From assembly GCA_016181145.1 (NCBI GenBank), contig JACOZW010000002.1, positions 1 through 50,606 on the forward strand: 50,606 bases of DNA, given 5' to 3'. The notes beneath the pieces are model-generated. The model worked only from the letters and a program-made list of their open reading frames with translations. It did not search any database and was not told where the DNA came from. Source of the DNA: Candidatus Yanofskybacteria bacterium (GTDB lineage: Bacteria > Patescibacteriota > Minisyncoccia > 2-02-FULL-40-12 > GWA2-44-9). A program made the position numbers and the translations under genes. Of this stretch, positions 35,102-44,122 are shown in pieces (within the stretch, counting starts at the first letter, position 1; each line of letters opens with the position of its first letter).

Positions 35102-36169
35102 CTAGATCAGGCCGGAGATAATATTTTTCGCCCGAATAGAATTTCTACCATCAAGACTGAATGCCTTCTCCTGGGCGTCACGAAGACCAAGATCAGAGTT
35201 CAAGGCCTTATCCAATAGCGATATAAGTTCTTCACGGTTTCCCGCCCTGGCTGTACATCCCAGAGAGATTAGCGGGTATTCATCTGTTTTTGTTACATCT
35301 GTATATACTTTTAAGCCGTGGTCGGGATATAAAATAGCGATGTTCGGCAGCCTTAGAATAGCCGCTTCATTCAAAGTAGTAGAAAACATAGATAATACCA
35401 CATCGGACGTAGCCAGAACATCAGAGATACCAAAAGAAGAGGAATCAACTAACGTTCCCGCGCGAAATTCGGTAAGAGCCCTCTCCCAAAGCGGAACCTC
35501 TTCCGGCGTATTGTCCTTCATTGCCGGATGAGGCCGGGCAATGAAATATACATCCTGCCCGAGCTGATTCAAGGCATGTACCGCCTCACCAACAGCATGT
35601 CCGGTCTGCCACCATTGACCGGCAAACATAACTACCGGCTTGTTTTCCGACAAGGATAGGGCATATTTAACCCTTACCTTAGTGCCTTGAACATCAAGCC
35701 TCGCATATTTATCGAGAGCCGGATAACCGGTAACAAAGATATTGCCACAAAAATCTGGCCAAGCTCTTAAAACAAAATTTCTGTCTAGTTCATCGTTCAC
35801 GAGAACTAAATCCGGCCGATACTCCTGGTCGATCCAAACATCACTAAGGCCATTGGTCCACTGATCCTGGATTACTACAATCGGACAGGTGCCTCGAAAA
35901 AGTCTGGCAATCTCCTGACCAACCGTAGAACACATACTGGAGACAACCAGATCTACGCCGCCAGGATACCTAGATATAATCTTATCGATAGCATCATCGT
36001 TAGATGAAAAAATATCAAAATCATAGCCAGAATTCCTTAATATATCTTTCCCTCTGCCGTTATCCTGCGCTATCCACCGAATTCTATGATTTTTTTTGAG
36101 CAGATCCATCACTGGTAGAAGAGCATTGGCCCCGCCCACATCTTTGCACACAGCTAGAATTACTCCCAA
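35102..36169 (-). CDS. GT-B-fold protein of the glycosyltransferase / 2-epimerase superfamily, function unknown
   Basis: Two-Rossmann layout, with TGYPALDKY and ARPHPAM (HP motif) plus a C-terminal STTLNEAAILRLPNIAI helix. TTG start, with GGAGG 6 nt upstream. Confidence 0.35.
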   Translation of the reverse strand: MGVILAVCKDVGGANALLPVMDLLKKNHRIRWIAQDNGRGKDILRNSGYDFDIFSSNDDAIDKIISRYPGGVDLVVSSMCSTVGQEIARLFRGTCPIVVIQDQWTNGLSDVWIDQEYRPDLVLVNDELDRNFVLRAWPDFCGNIFVTGYPALDKYARLDVQGTKVRVKYALSLSENKPVVMFAGQWWQTGHAVGEAVHALNQLGQDVYFIARPHPAMKDNTPEEVPLWERALTEFRAGTLVDSSSFGISDVLATSDVVLSMFSTTLNEAAILRLPNIAILYPDHGLKVYTDVTKTDEYPLISLGCTARAGNREELISLLDKALNSDLGLRDAQEKAFSLDGRNSIRAKNIISGLI

Positions 36170-36208
36170 CCAGCGCCTCCATGGATTATACTTTAAAAGA
36201 ACCCCGTG

Positions 36209-36237
36209 AATATACTAAAAGTATTAGTAAAAGTCAA
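36209..36237 (-). promoter_or_regulatory. candidate promoter TTGACT-N17-TATATT with a degenerate T-rich phased spacer
   Basis: The minus strand reads TTGACTTTTACTAATACTTTTAGTATATT. The -35 is the reverse complement of 36232-36237 and the -10 of 36209-36214. Confidence 0.4.
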
Positions 36238-36290
36238 TATAGAAGCTCGCCTTAAATTATGGTATAAAAATATAGTTTAATTTGGACTTC

Positions 36291-37226
36291 ATGAGTAATA
36301 CTCTACTGATCGGAACCGGTTATATGGGTAAGGAATACGCAAAAGTTTTAAAGACCCAAAGGGTTAGTTTTGCCGTTGTCGGACGCTCTCAAGAATCAAC
36401 TGACAAATTTAAAAATGAACTTGGCATAGATGCTATGCCCGGAGGCATAGATAGATGGCTTAAGACCAATCCCGTCCCGCAAAAGGCAATCATTGCTGTC
36501 ACCGAGGATCAGCTTGGAATAGTGACCAGAAGCTTAATCGACTCGGGATGTAAATCAATCTTGGTTGAGAAACCGGGTGGTTTAGATGCCCAAGATATTA
36601 AAAAAGTTGCTATTTCGGCAAGAAAGAAGAGATCGAAAGTTTATGTAGGTTACAACCGCCGTTTTTATACCTCGACTCAAAAAGCCATGGAAATCATACG
36701 GAAAGAAGGTATTAAGTCATTTGTTTTTGATTTTACAGAACGAAGCAATATTATTGATAAATTACCCCAATCACAAAAGATAAAGAACAACTGGTTTATA
36801 CAAAACTCAACTCATGTTATCGATATGGCCTTTTTCTTGGGTGGTAATCCGTCTAAACTAACTGCATATAAAAAAGGCGGTCTAAAATGGCACCCCAGCG
36901 GTTCTATCTACAGCGGAGCCGGCGTATCCAGCAAGGGGGTACTATTTTCCTATCACGCTAATTGGGAATCGGCCGGCCGCTGGAGCTTAGAAATAATTAC
37001 CGGAAGGCAAAAGCTAATATTTCGACCCCTAGAGAAACTTCAGGCCCAAAAATTCGGGAGCATGACCATTGAAGATGTGATTCTGAATGATAAGATTGAT
37101 ACAGACTTTAAACCAGGCATATACAGACAAGTTCAGTCTTTTCTGGGAAATAAAGAGAACCTTCTCACCATAGAAGAACAGGTCAAAAATTTGCCATATT
37201 ATAAAAAAATAGCTGGCAGAATCTAA
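36291..37226 (+). CDS. Gfo/Idh/MocA-family oxidoreductase
   Basis: LLIGTGYMGKEYAKVL Rossmann motif and VEKPG motif. I prefer the ATG at 36291 to the listed TTG at 36282. Confidence 0.75.
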   Translation: MSNTLLIGTGYMGKEYAKVLKTQRVSFAVVGRSQESTDKFKNELGIDAMPGGIDRWLKTNPVPQKAIIAVTEDQLGIVTRSLIDSGCKSILVEKPGGLDAQDIKKVAISARKKRSKVYVGYNRRFYTSTQKAMEIIRKEGIKSFVFDFTERSNIIDKLPQSQKIKNNWFIQNSTHVIDMAFFLGGNPSKLTAYKKGGLKWHPSGSIYSGAGVSSKGVLFSYHANWESAGRWSLEIITGRQKLIFRPLEKLQAQKFGSMTIEDVILNDKIDTDFKPGIYRQVQSFLGNKENLLTIEEQVKNLPYYKKIAGRI

Positions 37227-37228
37227 TA

Positions 37229-38122
37229 ATGTCAATATTATCAAAAATAAGACACGTCGATAGCTACCTTTACCGCAATCTAATTGCGCCACGCTTGTAT
37301 TCTTGGCGCGATCGCAAGATTTTAGAAAAAAATCTTGAGCTCAAGAATAAATATGCCGGAAAGCGTTGTTTTATTATCGGTGGCGGACCATCGGTGTCCA
37401 ATATAGATCTCGGGATTTTAAGTAACGAATACACATTTGTAATGGCTGAGTTTGATAAGAATCTGGAATATCTAAAGCTAATGCCCAAGTTCCACATAAT
37501 CGCCGATTCAGCTTATTTCTCCGAAGATCAAACGGAATACTGGCCTGAAAGATTAAGGGCTAAAAGCGGGTTTATCCCCACGCAAACAATAATGTATATA
37601 AATATTGGGGCTAAGTCTTTTATTGATAAATACGGTCTATTTAAAAACCATAGGGTTTACTTTATCGGCATGCAAGGAATTTTTACTGAAAATCTTCCGT
37701 TTAATATAGGCCTGACTAAATATGTTCCCTACCCTAAAAATTCTGTGTTAATGTGTCTAATGGTAGCTCACTGGATGGGGTTCGAAGAAATTTATCTATT
37801 GGGCTGTGAGCATAATTTTTTATCCTTTAACATAGGCCGAGGTAAATCATTAGTATATAGCCATAGCTATCAAGACGAGCTATCAAAACTTGATCCATCT
37901 AACGACGCGGTACTCAAAAAATATATCTCGCCACGTGACTTAAAACTAACATATGAAAAGAATATCGCCCATGTATTGCAGTTATTTAAAAATTATCGGT
38001 TTTTCTATAAGCGGGCCAGGGAAGAAAATCCAAAAATAAGAATCTTAAATGCCACGCCTGATAGTTTCTTAGATGTCTTTCCTATGGTAAATTTTGAGGA
38101 TATAAAATTTGATGGAAAATAA
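37229..38122 (+). CDS. DUF115 / MptE-like (Maf-type) protein
   Basis: RCFIIGGGPSVSNID ... IYLLGCEHNF is the same domain architecture as the N-terminal half of 1035..2630. Confidence 0.6.
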   Translation: MSILSKIRHVDSYLYRNLIAPRLYSWRDRKILEKNLELKNKYAGKRCFIIGGGPSVSNIDLGILSNEYTFVMAEFDKNLEYLKLMPKFHIIADSAYFSEDQTEYWPERLRAKSGFIPTQTIMYINIGAKSFIDKYGLFKNHRVYFIGMQGIFTENLPFNIGLTKYVPYPKNSVLMCLMVAHWMGFEEIYLLGCEHNFLSFNIGRGKSLVYSHSYQDELSKLDPSNDAVLKKYISPRDLKLTYEKNIAHVLQLFKNYRFFYKRAREENPKIRILNATPDSFLDVFPMVNFEDIKFDGK

Positions 38123-38852
38123 AAACTACACAGATAAAAAATTCTGGGATAATTACTTCCAAGAACGAGGCATTCGTCCGCTTGAACAAACACCTTTTGC
38201 CGATATCTTTACTAAATATTTAACTCCCGACCCCGCAAAACATGCATTTGAAATCGGTTGTGCTGGAGGAATTTATCTTGCCTATCTGGCTAAGACTTTC
38301 GGATATCATGCGTCGGGCATAGATTATTCCGACGAGATCAAGCAAACACAGACTTTGTTCAAATTCCATAATCTGCCCGAACCTACATTGTATAAAGAGG
38401 ATTTTTTTTCCTTCCGACCGCCACACTTGTATGATGTTGTCTGTTCATTCGGTTTCGTAGAACATTTTAATAATTTCCAGAGCATTGTCCGCCTACATGC
38501 CGCCTTAGTTGCCAATGGAGGTACCCTTATTATTACCATGCCGCACTTCTCTGGCTTACAATATGCCTTCCACTGGCTTATTGACCGCGACAACCTCGGC
38601 AAGCACAACATAGGCGTCATGAATCCCGCCTCGCTTAAAACCGCTCTCACCGGATTGCCATTTCAGATAGAATACCTTGATTACTACAAAACCTTCGGAT
38701 TTTGGACCGAAAAAAAAGATTTCGCCCCATGGGAGAAAATGGCTTTTGGGATTATCCGTAAATTAGGAAAAATAGCCCAGGTCATATTAGGATATGACCG
38801 GCCGAACCGCTGGATCTCTCCGCACATAGTTTGCGTAGCCAAAAAAATATAA
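38109..38852 (+). CDS. class I SAM-dependent methyltransferase
   Basis: AFEIGCAGGIYLAYLA (motif I), VVCSFGFVEHF and LVANGGTLIITMP motifs. Confidence 0.8.
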   Translation: MMENKNYTDKKFWDNYFQERGIRPLEQTPFADIFTKYLTPDPAKHAFEIGCAGGIYLAYLAKTFGYHASGIDYSDEIKQTQTLFKFHNLPEPTLYKEDFFSFRPPHLYDVVCSFGFVEHFNNFQSIVRLHAALVANGGTLIITMPHFSGLQYAFHWLIDRDNLGKHNIGVMNPASLKTALTGLPFQIEYLDYYKTFGFWTEKKDFAPWEKMAFGIIRKLGKIAQVILGYDRPNRWISPHIVCVAKKI

Positions 38853-38860
38853 TTTAATAA

Positions 38861-40069
38861 ATGAACATACTCCAAGTCAATACTGTTGATACAAGAGGAG
38901 GAGCTGCTAAAGTGGCCTATCGCCTTAAAAATGGGTTAACTGGCCGTGGACACCCCACGGATATGATAGTCGCCCGAAAGTACTCCCAAGACCCCAATGT
39001 GCACCTGTTACGCCCCTACAATCGCCTACGCGAGCGTATAGTGCGCAAATTGACCTATTGGCTAGCTGATGACCTAGATCTCTCTCCAGCAGGACGCATC
39101 CATACAATGCCCTCCTATAAACAGGCTGATATTGTCCACCTACATAATATTCACTCAAATTACTTTAACCTGGGGACACTCCCGTCAATCACCCGCGAGA
39201 AACCGACCGTCTGGACATTGCATGACATGTGGGCATTAACAGCTCATTGCGCCTATACCATGGACGGCTCAGTCTCCAATGGCTTTTTCCAATGCCCGAA
39301 TCTTGATTCATATCCCCCCATTGCCTGGCATAATGAAAAATATTTAGAGTGGAAAAAAAGAAGAGTTTACGGGAGGTCTGATTTCCATATTGTAGTTCCA
39401 TCGCGCTGGCTACTAGGAAAAGTTAAACAAACCGTTCTTTCCGAAAAACCGTCGTCAGTTATTTACAACGGTATTGATGTCAATATTTTTAGCCCCGAAC
39501 CCCAGCAGAAGGTACGCGAGGAACTTGATCTGCCGAAAGATAAATTCATAATCCTGTTCGCATCAAAAGGCGGTCTCGACCAGCAGCGCAAGGGTTACGA
39601 TTTTGTTCAATCCATTTCACAATAATTAAAAGATAATCCTAGGGCCCTCTCCTTGATTATCGGCGGCGACCAGGCCGTTAAGACTCCTAACCTGATAAAG
39701 ACCGGCTACATCAGCGACGAATCTCTCTTGGCAAAATATTTTTCTGCAGCAGATATATTCCTATTCCCTTCTACCGCCGACAACTGCCCCCTGGTCGTCC
39801 TTGAGGCGATGGCCTGCGGATTGCCTGTCGTTTCTTTTGCTACCGGAGGAATACCAGAACTAGTCGACCATCAAAAAACAGGCTATATTGCCCGCTATAA
39901 AGATGCAGATGACTTGGCTAACGGCGTTGCCTGGATGCTGGCGCGCACACCCGCCGAACACGCTAATATGCGCGAATCTGCTGTTATAAAAATCAGATCT
40001 GGGTTTACTCTGGACCACATGGTCGAACAATATCTACAACTCTATGAATCTATGCTAAAAAATAGTTAG
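38861..40069 (+). pseudogene. GT4-family (GT-B) glycosyltransferase interrupted by a single in-frame TAA at 39623-39625
   Basis: ORFs 38861..39625 (N-terminal GT4 domain, MNILQVNTVDTRGGAAKVAYRL) and 39653..40069 (C-terminal domain, FPSTADNCPLVVLEAMACGLPVV...GGIPELV) are in the same frame. Read-through gives ...FVQSISQ*LKDNPRALSLIIGGDQ..., a normal interdomain linker. Confidence 0.8.
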
Positions 40070-40743
40070 TACTCTATGGCATCTTTCCCGACAATTAAAT
40101 CGGTCAATCGGATACCATGATTCTCGTTTAGATCCCTTATTAAATCCTCCGGCCTGACTTTATTTTTAAACGCAACTGAAAAATAAAATTCGCTATCGCC
40201 GTCAGAATTTGTTTTGTGCTGCAAAAGCTTATAGGACTCGAGGTATTTTCCGAATAATTCTTCGTAGAATTTACTTGAAAAATTTTTATCCGCTATAAAT
40301 GTCAGCAAAAATCCATCTTGGGCTACGGATCCAAAATTATATTTATCCAGGAAATAAATTATCGCCAGCAAAGCGCCGGTACCTAAAATAGAAACTACAT
40401 AATTGGCGGTTCCCACTCCCATGCCGACAGCCAGGCTAAAAAATAAATAGGTGGCATCTTTTGTATCTTTAATAATCGTCCTGAACCTGATCAGGGTAAA
40501 CACGCCCAAAATACCAAGGGCCCTTACAACGTTGTTCCCCAAGATCATCATTGCTATAGCTGCCAGCACAGACATCATTACCAGAGAATCAACATAAGAG
40601 CTGGAGTAGGATAACCCACGATGAGTTTTCTTATAAATTATTGCGATTAATAGACTCAGTCCGAACGAAAGGAAAATGTTAAAAAAAATAACGGCGGCAC
40701 TGAGCTCTGTAAGCGCTAAATTTGTAGTGTTTAGATAATCCAT
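40066..40743 (-). CDS. DUF4956-family membrane protein
   Basis: Several TM helices, then LIRFRTIIKDTKDATYLFFSLAVGMGVGTANY and a soluble C-terminal domain. Positioned downstream of VTC/CotH genes, as in the conserved triad. Confidence 0.7.
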   Translation of the reverse strand: MDYLNTTNLALTELSAAVIFFNIFLSFGLSLLIAIIYKKTHRGLSYSSSYVDSLVMMSVLAAIAMMILGNNVVRALGILGVFTLIRFRTIIKDTKDATYLFFSLAVGMGVGTANYVVSILGTGALLAIIYFLDKYNFGSVAQDGFLLTFIADKNFSSKFYEELFGKYLESYKLLQHKTNSDGDSEFYFSVAFKNKVRPEDLIRDLNENHGIRLTDLIVGKDAIEY

Positions 40744-40778
40744 ATTTTTGTTATAGCCATATTCGGATGATTGAACGG

Positions 40779-41507
40779 CTACCTCAGCACCGGATTAAAC
40801 CAGCGCAGAACGTCTATTGATTTCTCATACTTTGAGTATGTGTCAACTTTCAAGCTATACTTACTGACGATCCCCTTGAGCCAAAAGGGCAGGAGATATC
40901 TATATTTAACCTCCATAACTACCTTGCCCCTATTAACCGGTTTCATGAAGGAATTATACATAAAATTATCGCCCCTGCAAGCCTCCAGATCAGAATCAAA
41001 CGTGATTCTTAAGTCCTGGGATTCGTTAAGATAAGCTCTCCTTTTGTACCTAACTGCTACCGCCGGTTTTATCGAGTAATTGATTGCATTCCATAAAATT
41101 TCATTTTTCTTTCCGCTATCTTTCTGCTCCCATTTTTTTTCAACCAGGAAGGTATTGCCGCGCCGAAAAAAATCTTTAAACTCATCCTGATCAAGCAATA
41201 TTCTGGTTTTGAAATTTTCCTGCCTAAACTTATTCTTTATCTCAAGCCAAACCGTTTTGGATTCGCCAATCGTAGGTTTATAAGCACGCAGTCGAAATTT
41301 TTTCCTCTTAATAAATCCGCCGGCCTTATCTGCATAATCAGATAGAGCATAAGAATCATAATATAAACTATTCACAAAGTATTCGCCGTTAGCCGAACCG
41401 ATATTTGGATCCGGCCTCATTCCATATTTAACAATCTCTTTCTCGATCAAATAAGCTCGGCTTGAGCTAAGTTCATACTTAAATTCAAATCTTAATTTTT
41501 TAGTCAT
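40779..41507 (-). CDS. VTC-domain (polyphosphate-polymerase-like, CYTH/triphosphate-tunnel) protein
   Basis: LRFEFKYEL start, alternating basic beta-strand pattern (KRKKFRLRAY, WLEIKNK, VAVRYKRRAY, VMEVKY). Start set to M6 (41507), 4 nt after the CotH stop. Confidence 0.7.
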   Translation of the reverse strand: MTKKLRFEFKYELSSSRAYLIEKEIVKYGMRPDPNIGSANGEYFVNSLYYDSYALSDYADKAGGFIKRKKFRLRAYKPTIGESKTVWLEIKNKFRQENFKTRILLDQDEFKDFFRRGNTFLVEKKWEQKDSGKKNEILWNAINYSIKPAVAVRYKRRAYLNESQDLRITFDSDLEACRGDNFMYNSFMKPVNRGKVVMEVKYRYLLPFWLKGIVSKYSLKVDTYSKYEKSIDVLRWFNPVLR

Positions 41508-43920
41508 TTTTATTATCGCCAAAGATTAGATTGTACATACTGGCCGGCAATATTTTATTTAACTCGGGATCGGCCTGTCTGATTGCGGTTCCGCCTTCAT
41601 ATCCTCCTTCCACGACGCTATCCTCGATAGTTAAACCTGAAAACCCGTCTTTCTCTATTTCCGCGGAATTGCCCCAGATTATGGATCTGCTGACCCTGGC
41701 TTTTCCGCCATTGATAAAACTGGGCTTCTTTCTATATAGATATAGACCATGGCTGATATTTCCTACCACCTTATTATTATCAATGACTGCATAAGAAGCA
41801 TCCTTAACCGCAATGCCGATATTGCACCCGGCTATGATATTGCCGGATATTATGGGAGTGGATTTTTCACCAACACTTATGCATTTATCACCATAACGCA
41901 ACAGCTGATTATTTTTAATTTCTACACTGGTGCCTGAAAGGTCTATGGCGTCACCGTTGTTTCCTCCTATGGTATTATTAATAAATCTGCTATTTTCTAT
42001 TCTGCCAGATTTTATAAAATCTAAATCTATGCCATCAGAACTATTATTCTCAAACAAACTATTAGAGATCTCGAGCGTTCCTATAATAGCATGAAAACCA
42101 TCATCCGACTTTCCATTTTTAAACACGGAACCCTCAACTAAAGATTCGGCATTATGCAGAGAAAACTGCGAAGTAAGCCTTAAACCGTTAACCGTATCTT
42201 CGGATCCCCCGCTCACAATAATATTGCGAAAATAATTTTTATCGATGCCGGTGTTGACTGTAGCAAAAACTCCCCACGGTTTATCCGAGCCCGGATAAGA
42301 AGATGTCATCGTAATCGGATTCGAGATATGGCCATTGGCGGTCACCGGACTGTAGGTAATCAATGAAACGCCGGGATTAAAAAGCAATCGTGCCCCGGGC
42401 TCAATAATCAGTCTGAAGCCAGCCGGGACGATAATTGTTTTATAGAAAACATGGCTTCCGGCATTGATAACCAATGTTTTGTTGTTACTTTTTTTAAATT
42501 GAGGATTTTCAGCTATGAACTGATCTATACTCTTAACTGTACTCGGTAAATATTTAAAACTTCCAACAAAATTAAGCTTATCAGAGAACGACAGCCCGTC
42601 AGACACATTAACCTCTTTAATATTTTCTGTAGCTAATAATTCTTTCACCTTTCGAAAGTTTTTTATTATCAAGTCGCGGTTATCACTATTCATTCTATTG
42701 AAAACAAAGTTGTTTTCGTTCTTGGCCTGGTCGCTGTAAAAATCATTTTTGGTAGCATCTATGATGCTGTCGTAGTAATCCAAGTCATCAGCCAAATTAC
42801 TCTCATCTTCCACGTAATCCCCCAGTATCTCAAGAAACTTTTTAGAATATGTTTCGTTTTTAAATATTCTTCTGACCAACAGAGGCTGATTAGTGCTGTA
42901 TATTTCGTCGCCTAATTCTTCGGATTCTATATCCCATACAACCGGCTCAAATTTGCCGGTTTCACGACGGAATAACAGCACTAAATTACTATTATCGCTC
43001 TGGTGGGCAGAACCGGATAGTACAGTTATTAGTTGCCATCTATAAAACTTATCCAGATCAACAAGCTTATCTATATACTTATAAAAAACATCGTCCGGAG
43101 CCCTACTAACTAACTCACCAAGCATTTCAAGCTCCTCAAACGGACCCTCCTCATTCTCCGCCGTATAACTTTTCCAACCAGAAAAGGGCGCCTTGGTATT
43201 GCCGGATATACCGGCCTCACCGACATCCTTGTTCGATAAGATATTGTTTACATCTGCTATCCCATTTTTGTCCAATAATTCAGTTGACCACGCTTCAGAA
43301 GCAAGATAGACCCCGAAATCTCTTTTATTGATACGTAGCCTTACAAATTTTATATCTGGGGCAAGTACTCCCATTTTCTTGGCCCGATAGCTATTGAAGG
43401 AAGCGACATAGAATTCACGATCAAGAGGAATTATTAGATTTAATTCCCTCATCCCCTGAAACAAATTATCTTTTGGAAATTTAATTTTGAATGACTTCTG
43501 CTCCGCCTGCCAATGATTCTGCATAAGCCCCCTGTACCTTAACTTGATCTTCGATTCATAGCCATCATCCCCCACAAAGTATGCATTAACATAGCTTTTA
43601 TCGCTGTCCAGCAAGGGTCCATAATCCATCTCCTCCATATCAATAGGGACACCGCTGTTCAATTCTTCGATATCCTTAATATCTATAAAAACCTGAAGCT
43701 GAGATAAATTACTGCCACCGAACCAAAAAGGGAGATACACAATATTAGGAAATTTCTTAATCGATCTCCAACTATGGGCAAAATAATTTTTTAGCGGAGT
43801 CTTGATATTGCCTAAGCCGGAGTATCCGGCGGAGATAAAAATTATCGCCACAATAATACCATATACGATTGGCTTTTTTATTAATAAACTGCAATTTTTT
43901 GTGATAGTTTTTAAAAACAT
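41500..43920 (-). CDS. CotH-kinase-family protein with N-terminal membrane anchor and C-terminal right-handed beta-helix (PbH1) repeats
   Basis: TM helix IVYGIIVAIIFISAGY. CotH signature KIKLRYRGLMQNHWQAEQKSFKIKFPKDNLFQGMRELNLI. The C-terminal third has repeated N-x-x-x-G-I-x-L/DGID/GDAIDLSG units. Confidence 0.8.
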   Translation of the reverse strand: MFLKTITKNCSLLIKKPIVYGIIVAIIFISAGYSGLGNIKTPLKNYFAHSWRSIKKFPNIVYLPFWFGGSNLSQLQVFIDIKDIEELNSGVPIDMEEMDYGPLLDSDKSYVNAYFVGDDGYESKIKLRYRGLMQNHWQAEQKSFKIKFPKDNLFQGMRELNLIIPLDREFYVASFNSYRAKKMGVLAPDIKFVRLRINKRDFGVYLASEAWSTELLDKNGIADVNNILSNKDVGEAGISGNTKAPFSGWKSYTAENEEGPFEELEMLGELVSRAPDDVFYKYIDKLVDLDKFYRWQLITVLSGSAHQSDNSNLVLLFRRETGKFEPVVWDIESEELGDEIYSTNQPLLVRRIFKNETYSKKFLEILGDYVEDESNLADDLDYYDSIIDATKNDFYSDQAKNENNFVFNRMNSDNRDLIIKNFRKVKELLATENIKEVNVSDGLSFSDKLNFVGSFKYLPSTVKSIDQFIAENPQFKKSNNKTLVINAGSHVFYKTIIVPAGFRLIIEPGARLLFNPGVSLITYSPVTANGHISNPITMTSSYPGSDKPWGVFATVNTGIDKNYFRNIIVSGGSEDTVNGLRLTSQFSLHNAESLVEGSVFKNGKSDDGFHAIIGTLEISNSLFENNSSDGIDLDFIKSGRIENSRFINNTIGGNNGDAIDLSGTSVEIKNNQLLRYGDKCISVGEKSTPIISGNIIAGCNIGIAVKDASYAVIDNNKVVGNISHGLYLYRKKPSFINGGKARVSRSIIWGNSAEIEKDGFSGLTIEDSVVEGGYEGGTAIRQADPELNKILPASMYNLIFGDNKND

Positions 43921-43947
43921 ACTTTGTGATAGTTTTTAAAAACATAC
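43898..43947. repeat. perfect 25-bp tandem duplication (2 copies) covering the CotH start codon
   Basis: TTTGTGATAGTTTTTAAAAACATAC occurs at 43898-43922 and again at 43923-43947. On the minus strand each copy contains ATGTTTTTAAAAACTATCACAAA (MFLKTITK). Confidence 0.9.
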
Positions 43948-44090
43948 ACCTATGGGAAATGACATTAGAGCTAGTCTATGGGGCAGGATAATTCTGATAA
44001 AAAATACACCAAAATGAGCCAAACGTCAACCTATGGGCATCGGGTTAATAACGAAATTAATTTGATATAATCGGCCCCGGACTACCATCA

Positions 44091-44119
44091 AAAAATAAAC
44101 CCCACTTTTATGTGGGGTG
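44091..44119 (-). terminator. intrinsic terminator after the radical SAM gene
   Basis: On the minus strand, ACCCCAC-ATAAAA-GTGGGGT followed by TTATTTTTT. Confidence 0.7.
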
Positions 44120-44122
44120 TCC

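Noticed and set aside
39623-39625. The in-frame TAA could indicate an alternative genetic code or stop-codon reassignment
   Set aside because: TAA is used as the genuine terminator by many neighbouring genes (for example 2966-2968, 11282-11284, 18457-18459). Long ORFs throughout the window are consistent with the standard bacterial code.
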